Notes: generated from the letters alone by a model not told the origin. A stretch of DNA of 64,000 bases from Polyangiaceae bacterium (GCA_965222375.1 CBDCTZ010000016.1:1120001-1184000), one strand, 5' to 3'; numbered from the stretch's first letter, positions 19,825-31,110 are shown. Numbers and translations are program-made.

Positions 19825-20729
19825 ACATCCCCTACCAGCTCCTACGCTACGTCGTCATGGGCCTATTCGCCCTTGCGCTGGGCTCGGCCATGTACGCGTT
19901 GGCCAGCGCTCCGACACGAGAAGCCAACCGCTTCGGAATGCGCGGCCTCAAACGGCAGCGTGCGATTGACGACAACGAAGGTTGGGCGCGGATTGAACCC
20001 TTGGTGCGCTGGTTTGGCGTTCAACTCAGCGGGATCATTCCGGATGACACACGTCGGAAGATCGATAAACAGCTGGGCTTGGCCGGAGACTGGCTCGGTA
20101 TTACGGCGGAGGAATTCTTGGGGCTTACGATCGTGTCGTTCGTCGGCGGCCTCGGTTTCGGCGTCGTCTTTGGATACTTGACCGACATGGGCGGCGTGAT
20201 GGTCATGATCATCGGGCCAGTTGGTGCGGCCGTACCCTATTTGCAGATGCAGGGTATTGCGCAGGACCGCATGAGATCAATCAACCGCGGGCTGCCCTAC
20301 GCCATCGACTTGATTGCCCTGGCGATGAGCGCCGGCAAGGACTTTCCCGGAGCGCTGCGCCAGGTGGTGGAGAAGAGCAGCGACCAGAAAGACGCGCTGG
20401 TCGAGGAATTCGCCCGGATCCTGCAAGAGCTCCAGGTTGGACGCACCCGCAAGGCGGCGCTGCTGAGCCTCGCGGAACGCGTCCCGAGTGAGTCGATACT
20501 GGAGTTCGTCAACTCCGTTGTGCAGGCCGAAGACAAGGGGAACCCGCTAGCCGAAGTGCTACAGATCCAAGCTGGCATGACTCGTATGCGTCGCAGCGTG
20601 AATGCGGAGAAGTCCGCAGCCAAGGCAGGAGTAGCCATGGTCGGTCCGTTGGTATTGCTCATGGCCTGTGTGATGCTCTTGATCTTGTCGCCGATTTTCA
20701 TGTCGCTGAGCGCAACAATGGCTGAATGA
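19821..20729 (+). CDS. tadC: TadC inner-membrane platform protein
   Basis: LPYAIDLIALAMSAG, ELQVGRTRKAAL, AEKSAAKA; ATGA overlap with tadB. Confidence 0.88.
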   Translation: MNIPYQLLRYVVMGLFALALGSAMYALASAPTREANRFGMRGLKRQRAIDDNEGWARIEPLVRWFGVQLSGIIPDDTRRKIDKQLGLAGDWLGITAEEFLGLTIVSFVGGLGFGVVFGYLTDMGGVMVMIIGPVGAAVPYLQMQGIAQDRMRSINRGLPYAIDLIALAMSAGKDFPGALRQVVEKSSDQKDALVEEFARILQELQVGRTRKAALLSLAERVPSESILEFVNSVVQAEDKGNPLAEVLQIQAGMTRMRRSVNAEKSAAKAGVAMVGPLVLLMACVMLLILSPIFMSLSATMAE

Positions 20730-20730
20730 G

Positions 20731-21609
20731 ATGCAGGCACTAAAGTTCGATATTCGCTATCCAGATGGCCGCAGCGACGAGCTGCGCATCGACAGTGACC
20801 GCGCCACGATAGGCAGCGGTGCGCACTGCGAGATCCGCTTGCCCGTCGGTAGTGCTGAAATCGAGCATATTTCCATCCAGGCGGCGCCGGGCGGCCTCGT
20901 GGCGGAAGCGCGGAGCTTTCAGCCGCCTCCGACCTTGAACAACGCACCGTTCACCAGCACGATGCTCGCGCCGGGCTCGATCTTGGGCATTGGTCATATT
21001 CAGATTGCCGTCACCGTCATGCAGCTGGCAGGCGAGGCGGATGCCAAGAAGTCTGAGCGCTCCATCAGCCCAATGACCCTCGTGCTCGCGGCCCTGATCG
21101 TTCCCGTTGGCATGTACGTCATCTTCATGGACCCAAATGCCGGGGACGAGCAGGCGGCTCCTCGTGAGATCCCTGAGCTGTTTGCCGAGGCGCCAGCGGG
21201 CTGCCCCCAACAGGGCGCGGCAGCGTTGGCCTATGCTGAAGACCGCTGGTCCGTCGCACTCTCAAAGCGTGAACGGCGTCCGTTCAGTGTGGCTGATGGT
21301 GTTGCCGCTGTCCCTATGTTTGAGATGGCGAGCGTTTGCTTTGCGGCTGCCGGGGACAAAGCAAAGGCCAAAGAAGTGTCATCGCTGGCGCAGGCGCTGA
21401 GAACAGACGTCGCCCAGGATTTTCGCACACATCGCGTGCGACTGGACTACGCGATTACCCGAAAGAACTGGCCAGTTGCTCAAACGGAAGTGCGCATTCT
21501 GTTGGAATTCTTGCAACAGCATCCCCAACACGAGTACGTCAACTGGCTGTCCAACCTGGATCGACGCATTCGCGTGAAATACGGAAGTGAACGCAAGAAG
21601 AAAAAGTAG
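20731..21609 (+). CDS. Degenerate FHA-like domain, TM and helical periplasmic domain
   Basis: ATIGSGAHCEIRL...EH resembles FHA but lacks the Arg and Ser; one central TM. Confidence 0.65.
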   Translation: MQALKFDIRYPDGRSDELRIDSDRATIGSGAHCEIRLPVGSAEIEHISIQAAPGGLVAEARSFQPPPTLNNAPFTSTMLAPGSILGIGHIQIAVTVMQLAGEADAKKSERSISPMTLVLAALIVPVGMYVIFMDPNAGDEQAAPREIPELFAEAPAGCPQQGAAALAYAEDRWSVALSKRERRPFSVADGVAAVPMFEMASVCFAAAGDKAKAKEVSSLAQALRTDVAQDFRTHRVRLDYAITRKNWPVAQTEVRILLEFLQQHPQHEYVNWLSNLDRRIRVKYGSERKKKK

Positions 21610-22186
21610 GACGTCCTTCGCCGTTGCGGCGCTCGGCTTGACGCTTGGGGTGTTCTGCTCCGGGTGTGGGACGACGCCGGGCAAGAAGATCCAGAGCGCG
21701 CAAGAGACGAGTCGCGCGGAACAAGAACCGAACAAGCTCGTGGCGCGAGGTAAGATGTTCGCCCGCGTTGGCGACTACACCCGCGCCACACAGTACTTCG
21801 AGCGAGCGCTGGAGGGCGGCGCTGACCCCGGCGAAGTGCTGCCCTTGCTGATGCGCGCCTATGTGGAGAGCGGCCGGTATCGGCTGGCTCTCCAGCTGGG
21901 CGAGCGGCACCTGGCAAAAGCCCCCCGAGACCACAGGCTTCGATTCTTGATTGCGACGATCTACGTCGCGATCGACGATGTGGATCGCGCTCACAAACAC
22001 CTGCAAAGAGTCATCCAGGACAACCCCTCAAACGCCGAGGCGCACTACGTGTTAGCAGTGCTGCTACGCGACCGCGACCGCGACCTGCTTGGCGCCGACT
22101 TCCATTTTCGTGAATACTTGCGACTCAGTCCTACGGGCGTCCATGCCGAGGAAGCCAACGGGGCGCTACTAAAGCCAGTACCGTGA
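21587..22186 (+). CDS. TPR lipoprotein (TadD/pilotin-like)
   Basis: Lipobox CSGC; several TPR-like repeats (PSNAEAHYVLA). Confidence 0.75.
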   Translation: MNARRKSRTSFAVAALGLTLGVFCSGCGTTPGKKIQSAQETSRAEQEPNKLVARGKMFARVGDYTRATQYFERALEGGADPGEVLPLLMRAYVESGRYRLALQLGERHLAKAPRDHRLRFLIATIYVAIDDVDRAHKHLQRVIQDNPSNAEAHYVLAVLLRDRDRDLLGADFHFREYLRLSPTGVHAEEANGALLKPVP

Positions 22187-23322
22187 TACCCAAAGAAGTT
22201 TTCGAAGAATCATTGATGGAGTTCTTCGCTCCGGTGCGTCCGTTCATGGACGACCCGAAAGTGAGCGAGATCATGATCAACGGTCCAGACCAGGTGTTCA
22301 TCGAGCGCGGCGGCCAGCTGGAGCTCACGGATGTGAAGTTCGACGGGGCAGAATCCTTGCTCGCGGCCTTGCGCAATGCTGCCCAGTTCGCTGGGAAGTT
22401 CGTGGACGAGACGCGCCCAATTCTCGAAGGGCGATTGCCCGATGGGTCGCGGCTGCAAGCCCTAGTGGCGCCAGTCGCGACCGGGGGGCCTTACATCGCG
22501 ATACGCCGATTCTTCAAAGAGACACTCACGGTGCAACGCCTGATCGGATTCGGAGCGTTGACGACAGACGCGGCGCAGGCTCTCGAGGCGCTCGTGGTGT
22601 CGAAGCTGAACGTCATCATCGCGGGTGGAACGGGCAGCGGCAAGACCTCCATGCTGAACGCCTTGTCGGCCTACATTCCAGATGGCGAACGCGTCGTCGT
22701 GATTGAGGATTCCAAAGAGGTGCAGCTACAACGAACTCATGTCGTGCAGCTGGAGTCTCGGGCGCCAGACGTGCATGGCCGAGGCGCGGTGGCCATTCGG
22801 GACCTGTTCCGCGCAACGCTGCGCATGCGCCCCGACCGGATCATCATTGGTGAGATTCGTGGAGGGGAGGCCCTCGACATCGTGCAGGCCATGACCAGTG
22901 GTCACGGTGGCTGCATGGGTACGTGCCACGCAACTTATCCGCGAGATACCCTCACGCGACTCGAGACGATGTGCATGATGAGCGACATCGACATGCCGCT
23001 CACCGCCATGCGCGTGCAGCTCGGTTCGGGTATCAACATTATCTGTCAGGTGTCGCGTCTGCAGGATGGGTCCCGTAAGGTCACGCATATTACTGAAGTG
23101 CTCGGCTTCAGTATCGAGACTGGTCGCTACGACACCCAAGACATCTTTCGGCGCGAATACCAGGGGCTATCGCCTGAGGGCAAAGTGCAGAGCGAGTTCG
23201 TGGCGACCGGGGTCGTGCCGAAGTGTATCGATCAGTTGCACGAGCATGGTGTGGACCTGCCGGCAGTGGTCTACGAGGCTGCCCGCCGTCGGGGAGATGC
23301 TCCTGCAGCACCGCAACGCTGA
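22183..23322 (+). CDS. cpaF: Second CpaF/TadA-family ATPase (no FHA)
   Basis: SEIMING, GGTGSGKTS, IEDSKEV, MRPDRIIIGEIRG, GHGGCMGTCHA. Confidence 0.9.
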   Translation: MIPKEVFEESLMEFFAPVRPFMDDPKVSEIMINGPDQVFIERGGQLELTDVKFDGAESLLAALRNAAQFAGKFVDETRPILEGRLPDGSRLQALVAPVATGGPYIAIRRFFKETLTVQRLIGFGALTTDAAQALEALVVSKLNVIIAGGTGSGKTSMLNALSAYIPDGERVVVIEDSKEVQLQRTHVVQLESRAPDVHGRGAVAIRDLFRATLRMRPDRIIIGEIRGGEALDIVQAMTSGHGGCMGTCHATYPRDTLTRLETMCMMSDIDMPLTAMRVQLGSGINIICQVSRLQDGSRKVTHITEVLGFSIETGRYDTQDIFRREYQGLSPEGKVQSEFVATGVVPKCIDQLHEHGVDLPAVVYEAARRRGDAPAAPQR

Positions 23323-23386
23323 ACAAGTGCCCAATTCTGTGGAATTGAGGGTTTCCCTGCCACTCGTGCTATAGCTCTCATGAATA

Positions 23387-25198
23387 GTGGCTGCGCAGAA
23401 CCTAGTCGTTCATGCACGAGGCGGAAGCACCGACCGCCCGGCTGTCGCCCTAAGTTCGGGGCGACCCGTTGAGGCCTTCAGCGTAGGAAGTTCCGGTTCC
23501 TGGAGCATTCGGGCGCCCGGCCTGGCGCCCACGCATGCCTACCTTTTTTTTGACGGTCAGCAGCTCTTTGTGGCGGGCGCCCCCGGCGCGGACGTGCGAC
23601 TAGGAAACGCGCCGGTTGGCGCGGATTGGGTGGCCGTGAACGTGCCTGGGGACATCCTGCTGGGCGGGTTGACACTTTCAGTGCGCCCGCAGGAGCAAAC
23701 CCAACGGCCGGGCCCAGGTGCGCGCTCCCCGCAAGCATTGCCTCGTGCGCAACCGGGGCCTGAGCCGCGAGGGCGACCTGCACAAACCTCGCAGCCGGGA
23801 TCTGCGCGCCAACCTCAATGGGGCCCTGGCGGTCAGCACCAGGTTGACCCTCGCCGCAAGTCGACATCCGGAGCTGGGGCTCCACCACAATCTGGTCCTG
23901 GGACGCGCGCACGAATCCCCGAGCCGCAGGCCGTCCCAGCGGTTCGTGCCGGCGCAGCGCACCCGGGCGGGGATGCGCCAGGCCGGCCCGGTGATCGATC
24001 GTCCCAGCCCGCCCAACAAGTCGGTCACACGGACTACAATGAGGCGGACGACGCTCCGACCGCCTTTCAACCTATTCCGCCGGAGTTTCTCGAGGAGGAA
24101 TCTGCGTCCGAAAAGACCACCGTCATGCCGGCTGGTGGTCAACCGATGCCGGCGCCAGAGTCGTCGCCCCGTCCGGCTGCTGGCGTGCCTGCGTCAGCTT
24201 CACAGCCCAAGCCATCGCGACCTGAACGCCCCGCACCGCCGTCGAGTCCCCCTGCATCGGGTGGCGAAGCGACGGTGGTGAAACCTCTGGAGGAGTTCTT
24301 GGCTGAGTCTGGAGGTGGTGCGCCGCAGCCGCTACCCGCTCCCACGGGACCTCCCCAGGGCGCCCGGGGCGTATACATCCAGCCACCGGAGCCAACCATG
24401 CCGCCGGGGGGCGAGCACCTCTGGAACTTGAGGATGCAGCAACAGCGAGGCGGCGCCCAGCAATCGAGCGCGCAGGGCCCGGCACCCGGAGTACCCGGCC
24501 ACGTGCGTCAGGGGGACGCGGTGCCGGTCGGGCCGGGCCAAGGGTATCCCGGCCAAGGGCACCCCGGCCCAGGTCAGATGCAGCCCGGCCCAGGTCAGAT
24601 GCAGCCCGGCCCAGGTCAGATGCAGCCCGGCCCAGGGCACCCGAGCGAAGGCCAACCGGGTCCAGCTCAGCTGCATCCGGGCCAGGCGCACCCAGGCCAG
24701 ATGCCGCCCGGTCAACCAGCTCCAGGCGGCAAACCGAGCCCTGTTGATGAAGTCGTCAATTGGTGGCGATCCGCGTCTATTCCGCGTCGGATCATGGTGT
24801 TCCTCGCGCCGCTCGGGATGATCTCCTTCTATCTGATCTTCTTCAACGACCCAGCGGCTCAGCGTCGGCGACCGCGGCCCAGCCCATCGGCGTCGACCTC
24901 CGCCGGCCAGTCCGCCTCGGCCCCACCGCCGAGCGCGAGCCTAGCCGTTCCGCCGCTGGTGGCTGCAGATGCCGCAGCGACGAGCCCGCCGCCCGCACCG
25001 GATGCAGCAGCCGTGGCGCCGGTGAGCGACTCGGGCGAGCCAGACCCGAGGATTCGAGCGGCAGTTGATGCGGTCGCGGCCGGCGAGTTCGAGAAGGCCG
25101 CCGGCCTCTACAGGAAACTCGCCGAGAGCTACCCGAACGACCCTGCCTACAAGCAGGCGGCCGAAATCCTGGAACGTCGCACAGGCAAGCGGAAGTAG
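23387..25198 (+). CDS. FHA-like, Pro/Gln/Gly-rich bitopic membrane protein with C-terminal TPR-like helices
   Basis: N-terminal FSVGS...THAYL FHA-like fold, long low-complexity linker, TM, AGEFEKAAGLYRKL. Confidence 0.72.
   Translation: MAAQNLVVHARGGSTDRPAVALSSGRPVEAFSVGSSGSWSIRAPGLAPTHAYLFFDGQQLFVAGAPGADVRLGNAPVGADWVAVNVPGDILLGGLTLSVRPQEQTQRPGPGARSPQALPRAQPGPEPRGRPAQTSQPGSARQPQWGPGGQHQVDPRRKSTSGAGAPPQSGPGTRARIPEPQAVPAVRAGAAHPGGDAPGRPGDRSSQPAQQVGHTDYNEADDAPTAFQPIPPEFLEEESASEKTTVMPAGGQPMPAPESSPRPAAGVPASASQPKPSRPERPAPPSSPPASGGEATVVKPLEEFLAESGGGAPQPLPAPTGPPQGARGVYIQPPEPTMPPGGEHLWNLRMQQQRGGAQQSSAQGPAPGVPGHVRQGDAVPVGPGQGYPGQGHPGPGQMQPGPGQMQPGPGQMQPGPGHPSEGQPGPAQLHPGQAHPGQMPPGQPAPGGKPSPVDEVVNWWRSASIPRRIMVFLAPLGMISFYLIFFNDPAAQRRRPRPSPSASTSAGQSASAPPPSASLAVPPLVAADAAATSPPPAPDAAAVAPVSDSGEPDPRIRAAVDAVAAGEFEKAAGLYRKLAESYPNDPAYKQAAEILERRTGKRK
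24563..24636 (+). repeat. Perfect 21-bp tandem repeat, about 3.5 copies (encodes PGPGQMQ)
   Basis: cccggcccaggtcagatgcag at 24563, 24584 and 24605, plus a partial copy. Confidence 0.92.
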
Positions 25199-25241
25199 CG
25201 GGTACTGAACGCACGTGCGGACGGCCCGTTTTTCAGGGGTC

Positions 25242-25269
25242 TTGACTTCCTGCGCCCCGCCGCTACCCT
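25242..25269 (+). promoter_or_regulatory. Putative sigma70 promoter of the str operon
   Basis: TTGACT-N16-TACCCT, ending 47 nt upstream of the rpsL ATG. Confidence 0.55.
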
Positions 25270-25316
25270 CCGCTCCCCAACTTTTTGGGATAAAGCCTGA
25301 GCTCCAACGAAGAACG

Positions 25317-25715
25317 ATGCCCACAATCCAACAGCTCATCCGACGTGGTCGCAAAGCGATCAAGGACAAGACGGCCTCGCCCGCCTTGCGTTCTTGCCCG
25401 CAGAAACGCGGCGTGTGCGTACGTGTCTACACCACGACACCCAAGAAGCCGAACTCGGCGCTTCGCAAGGTCTGCCGCGTGCGCCTCACCAACGGAATGG
25501 AAGTCACGAGCTACATTCCTGGCGAAGGACACAACCTGCAGGAGCACAGTGTGGTGCTGATTCGTGGAGGCCGCGTGAAGGACTTGCCCGGTGTTCGCTA
25601 CCACGTCGTGCGTGGGACTCTGGATGCCTCTGGCGCTGTTGGGCCAAGCAGTACCAACAAAGCAAACCGCAACCGTAAGCGCTCGAAGTACGGCGTCAAG
25701 AAGCCCAAGCAGTAA
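25317..25715 (+). CDS. rpsL: 30S ribosomal protein S12
   Basis: [28 protein letters not shown]. Confidence 0.98.
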   Translation: MPTIQQLIRRGRKAIKDKTASPALRSCPQKRGVCVRVYTTTPKKPNSALRKVCRVRLTNGMEVTSYIPGEGHNLQEHSVVLIRGGRVKDLPGVRYHVVRGTLDASGAVGPSSTNKANRNRKRSKYGVKKPKQ

Positions 25716-25725
25716 GGATCTCCCA

Positions 25726-26196
25726 ATGCCCCGCCGCCGCGAAGTACCCAAGCGCAAGATCATTCCCGACCCCAAGCACAAGGACAAGCTCGTCGCGAAG
25801 TTCACGAACTCCGTGATGCTCGACGGCAAGAAGTCTGTGGCTGAAGGGATCGTCTACGGCGCCTTCGACATCATCCAGAGCCGGTTCAAGGAGGACCCAT
25901 TGGAGGTGTTCCGGAAGGCCCTCGACAACGTCAAGCCCAAGCTCGAGGTCAAGAGCCGGCGCGTCGGTGGTGCCACCTACCAGGTACCCGTGGAGGTCCG
26001 TCCCGAGCGACGCGTGGCCCTGGCCATGCGTTGGATCGTCCAGTACTCGCGCGCCCGCGGCGAGAAGAGCATGCGCGAGCGTTTAGCCGCCGAGCTCGTC
26101 GACGCAGCGCAGATGCGTGGCAACACCATCAAGAAGAAGGAAGACACTCACAAGATGGCCGACGCCAACAAGGCGTTCGCTCACTACCGTTGGTGA
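25726..26196 (+). CDS. rpsG: 30S ribosomal protein S7
   Basis: [29 protein letters not shown]. Confidence 0.98.
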   Translation: MPRRREVPKRKIIPDPKHKDKLVAKFTNSVMLDGKKSVAEGIVYGAFDIIQSRFKEDPLEVFRKALDNVKPKLEVKSRRVGGATYQVPVEVRPERRVALAMRWIVQYSRARGEKSMRERLAAELVDAAQMRGNTIKKKEDTHKMADANKAFAHYRW

Positions 26197-26416
26197 TTGT
26201 CCACGAGAACCAAGTCCCCGGAGTAGCAACGACGCGATGAACTTTTCGACATAAGGATCGGGTTGCCTTCAAGGCAGCTTGCGAGCTGCCCCGCCGACGG
26301 CGGAAGAAACGCGCACCCCGATACCCCTTCCGGACTTTTAGTGCCCCTCGAACGGAGAGGGAGCCGGTGGCCGGGAGGGGTTTCGTCTGTCTAACGAGTT
26401 CGAAACACCCTGCACC

Positions 26417-28537
26417 ATGGCCCGCGAAATCGAAATCGAGCGCACTCGCAACATCGGCATCATGGCCCACATCGATGCCGGTAAGACGACCGTCACCGAG
26501 CGCGTTCTTTTCTACACGGGAATCACCCACAAGATCGGTGAGGTGCACGACGGTGCTGCGACCATGGACTGGATGGTCCAGGAGCAGGAGCGCGGGATCA
26601 CGATCACCAGCGCGGCGACCAATTGCTTTTGGACCCCAGACGCGGGCTCCCTGGAGGGCAAGCGGCATCGCATCAACATCATCGACACTCCGGGCCACGT
26701 TGACTTCACGATCGAGGTCGAGCGGAGCTTGCGCGTACTGGATGGCGCTGTTGCGGTATTCGACGGTGGAAATGGCGTCGAACCCCAGAGTGAGACGGTG
26801 TGGCGCCAAGCGGATCGCTACAGCGTGCCGCGCATTGCCTTCATCAACAAGCTGGACAAGCTGGGGGCAGACTTCCAGATGAATCTGGACAGCATGAAGG
26901 ATCGGCTTGGCTGCATCCCGGTGCCGATTCAATGGCCCGTGGGCCAAGAGGACAAGCATCGGGGCATGGTCGATCTGGTGCGCATGGAGGCAGCCATCTT
27001 CGACGATGAGACCCTCGGCGCACAATTCGAGTGGCAGCCCGTCCCCGATGACTTGAAAGAGAAGTGTGGGGAGCTGCGTGAGGCGCTGATCGAAGCCTGC
27101 GCCGACGTGGACGACGCGATCATGGAGAAGTTCCTCGATGGCCGTGCGTCGGACGTGAGTCCTGACGAGATCCACGCGGCGATCCGCAAGGCGACCTGCG
27201 AGTTCAAATTCGTGCCCGTACTCTGCGGCTCTGCCTTCAAGAACAAGGGCGTGCAGCTGCTGCTCGATGCCGTGGTCAACTACCTGCCTTCGCCTTTGGA
27301 TGTCCCGCCTGTTGAAGGTGTGGACCCGAAGAAGGAAGACAAGGTCCTGACGCGGGAGGCTTCCGACGACGCGCCATTCTCTGCGCTGGCATTCAAGGTC
27401 GCCAACGACCCCTTCGTGGGCAACCTCACCTTCTTCCGCGTCTACTCGGGCACCCTCAGCAGCGGCACTTCGGTGCTCAACGCGACCCGGGGCAAGCGCG
27501 AGCGGATCGGTCGCATCCTGCGCATGCACGCCAACAAGCGAGAAGAGCTGAAAGTGTGTGACGCCGGCAACATCTACGCCGCTGTCGGCATGCGGGATAC
27601 GCGCACCGGCGATACCCTATGCAATGAAAAGGCTCCGATCGTTCTGGAACGGATGACCTTCCCGGATCCGGTCATTTCCGTCGCCATCGAGCCGCGCACC
27701 CAGGCAGACCTGGACAAGCTCGGGGTCAGCCTGCAGAAACTGGCCTACGAGGACCCGTCTTTCCGCACCTTCACGAATGAAGAAACCGGCCAAACCATCA
27801 TTGCCGGAATGGGTGAGCTCCACCTCGAAATCATCGTGGACCGCCTGAAGCGCGAGTTCAAAGTGGAGTGCAACGTAGGCAAGCCCGAGGTGGCTTACCG
27901 GGAAGCCATCGCCAAGCACGTGGACGCCGAGGCCAAGTTCGTGCGTCAGTCCGGCGGCCACGGCCAGTACGGCCACGTGAAGATCCGCATGGGGCCTTCC
28001 GAGCGGGGCGCCGGCTTCGTGTTCGAGAACAAGATCGTTGGTGGGACCATCCCCAAGGAGTTCATCCCGTCCGTCGAAAAAGGCATTCGCGAGGCGATGG
28101 CTCGAGGCGTTCTGGCGGGCTACCCGGTGATTGATTGCCAGGCCGAACTCTACGACGGCTCGTATCACGAGGTCGATTCCTCCGGTCCGGCCTTCGAAGT
28201 AGCCGGGTCCCTGGCGTTCCAAGATGGAACCAAGCGCGCGGGGCTGCACCTGCTGGAACCTCTGATGGCCGTCGAAGTGGTGACTCCGGACGCCAACATG
28301 GGCGACGTGATTGGGGACCTCAATTCGCGCCGTGGTCGGATTCAGGGCATGGCGCAGCGAGGCACCAACACCCAGGTCGTGACGGCGGAAGTGCCGCTGG
28401 CGACGATGTTCGGTTACGCCACGGACTTGCGCAGCAAGACCCAAGGCCGAGCCACGTACACCATGCAGTTTTCGCACTACGAGGCCGTGCCCTCGTCAGT
28501 GCAAGAGGAAATCGTCGCCAAGGTAAACGGCGGCTGA
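26417..28537 (+). CDS. fusA: Elongation factor G
   Basis: [31 protein letters not shown]. Confidence 0.98.
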   Translation: MAREIEIERTRNIGIMAHIDAGKTTVTERVLFYTGITHKIGEVHDGAATMDWMVQEQERGITITSAATNCFWTPDAGSLEGKRHRINIIDTPGHVDFTIEVERSLRVLDGAVAVFDGGNGVEPQSETVWRQADRYSVPRIAFINKLDKLGADFQMNLDSMKDRLGCIPVPIQWPVGQEDKHRGMVDLVRMEAAIFDDETLGAQFEWQPVPDDLKEKCGELREALIEACADVDDAIMEKFLDGRASDVSPDEIHAAIRKATCEFKFVPVLCGSAFKNKGVQLLLDAVVNYLPSPLDVPPVEGVDPKKEDKVLTREASDDAPFSALAFKVANDPFVGNLTFFRVYSGTLSSGTSVLNATRGKRERIGRILRMHANKREELKVCDAGNIYAAVGMRDTRTGDTLCNEKAPIVLERMTFPDPVISVAIEPRTQADLDKLGVSLQKLAYEDPSFRTFTNEETGQTIIAGMGELHLEIIVDRLKREFKVECNVGKPEVAYREAIAKHVDAEAKFVRQSGGHGQYGHVKIRMGPSERGAGFVFENKIVGGTIPKEFIPSVEKGIREAMARGVLAGYPVIDCQAELYDGSYHEVDSSGPAFEVAGSLAFQDGTKRAGLHLLEPLMAVEVVTPDANMGDVIGDLNSRRGRIQGMAQRGTNTQVVTAEVPLATMFGYATDLRSKTQGRATYTMQFSHYEAVPSSVQEEIVAKVNGG

Positions 28538-28591
28538 GATTGAGTCACTCCAAGTAGAGAATCTCGGAGAAAGAAAGAAAGAATAGTCCCA

Positions 28592-29782
<1,191 letters not shown>

Positions 29783-29856
29783 GAAAGGCAGCCGTGGGGG
29801 CGTCGCTTCGGCGCCTCCCGGCCTGAGCGGTCACACCGCGAGAACGGACCCCAAAT

Positions 29857-30168
29857 ATGGCTGACACCACCAAGATTCGAATTCGCCTCAAGGCTTTCGA
29901 TCATCAACTACTCGACAAGAGCACCACGGACATTGTGGAGACCGCACGGCGCACCGGCGCCCGCGTGGCAGGACCGATCCCCCTGCCCACCTCCATCCGG
30001 CGCTACACGGTGTTGCGCGGACCTCACGTGGACAAGAAGTCCCGGGAGCAGTTCGAAGTGCGCACCCACAAGCGTCTGATCGACATCCTCGAACCCACAC
30101 CTCAAACCCTCGACGCGCTCATGAAGCTGGACCTATCGGCCGGTGTGGACGTCGAGATCAAGAGCTGA
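29857..30168 (+). CDS. rpsJ: 30S ribosomal protein S10
   Basis: [25 protein letters not shown]. Confidence 0.98.
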   Translation: MADTTKIRIRLKAFDHQLLDKSTTDIVETARRTGARVAGPIPLPTSIRRYTVLRGPHVDKKSREQFEVRTHKRLIDILEPTPQTLDALMKLDLSAGVDVEIKS

Positions 30169-30181
30169 GCCGGAGGCGAAA

Positions 30182-30814
30182 GTGGCAAAGCTAGACGTAT
30201 TCAATCTCAAACGAGAGAAGGTTGGCGAAGTCGACCTTTCGGACGACGTATTCGGGGCGGAGGTCAAAGAGCATCTCCTCCACGAGGTCGTCGTGGCCCA
30301 ACAGGCCGGTGCCCGTGCAGGCACTCGCGCCGGCAAAGAGCGCTCGGCGGTCCGAGGCACCGGCAAGAAACTCTACAAGCAGAAGGGCACAGGTCGTGCG
30401 CGCCACGGTGACCGCAAAGCGGGCATCTTCGTCGGCGGTGGGCGAGCTCATCCCCCGAAGCCCCAAGACTGGTCCAAGCGCCCCCCGCGCCGGGTCCGAT
30501 TGGGAGCGCTGAAGAGTGCGCTTTCCTTGTTCGTCAAGGAAGGCCGAATGGTCGTCGTGGATAGCATCGAGCTCGAAGACATCAAAACGAAGGCATTGGC
30601 CGGCGTTCTGACGACTCTGAAGGCTCCCGCCAAGACCCTGCTCGTCGACGCCAAGGGCAACGACAAGCTTCGTCTGTCGGTCCGCAACATGAAGACAAAC
30701 CAGTTCCTGCCACCGGAAGGCGTCAACGTGTACGACCTCCTGCGGCATGACCATCTCGTGGTCTCCAAGGACGCTGCCAAAGCGCTCGAGGCCCGCTGCT
30801 TGGGGAGTAAGTGA
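30182..30814 (+). CDS. rplD: 50S ribosomal protein L4
   Basis: KQKGTGRARHG, GGGRAH, NVYDLL; GTG start 13 nt after rpsJ. Confidence 0.96.
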   Translation: MAKLDVFNLKREKVGEVDLSDDVFGAEVKEHLLHEVVVAQQAGARAGTRAGKERSAVRGTGKKLYKQKGTGRARHGDRKAGIFVGGGRAHPPKPQDWSKRPPRRVRLGALKSALSLFVKEGRMVVVDSIELEDIKTKALAGVLTTLKAPAKTLLVDAKGNDKLRLSVRNMKTNQFLPPEGVNVYDLLRHDHLVVSKDAAKALEARCLGSK

Positions 30815-31107
30815 TGACACCGGGACAGATCATCAAACGCCCGATCGCGCTCACCGAAAAGGCGGCGCGGTTGAAGGAACAAAACCAGGTCGTGTTCGAG
30901 GTCGATCCGAAGGCGAACAAGATCGAGATCAAGGAAGCCGTGGAATCGCTGTTCGACGTCAAAGTCAAAGACGTGCGGACGGCCATCTTCCGGGGCAAGC
31001 CGAAGCGCATGGGGCGCAAGATTGCCCTGCGGCGTAACTGGAAAAAGGCCGTGGTGACCCTGCGCGACGGCTACGACATTCAATTCTTCGACGAATCGGA
31101 GGAATGA
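30814..31107 (+). CDS. rplW: 50S ribosomal protein L23
   Basis: ANKIEIKEAVE, WKKAVVTL. Confidence 0.96.
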   Translation: MTPGQIIKRPIALTEKAARLKEQNQVVFEVDPKANKIEIKEAVESLFDVKVKDVRTAIFRGKPKRMGRKIALRRNWKKAVVTLRDGYDIQFFDESEE

Positions 31108-31110
31108 GCC

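Noticed and set aside
25317..25715. Streptomycin-resistance allele of rpsL
   Set aside because: The PKKPNS and RVKDLPG motifs are wild type.
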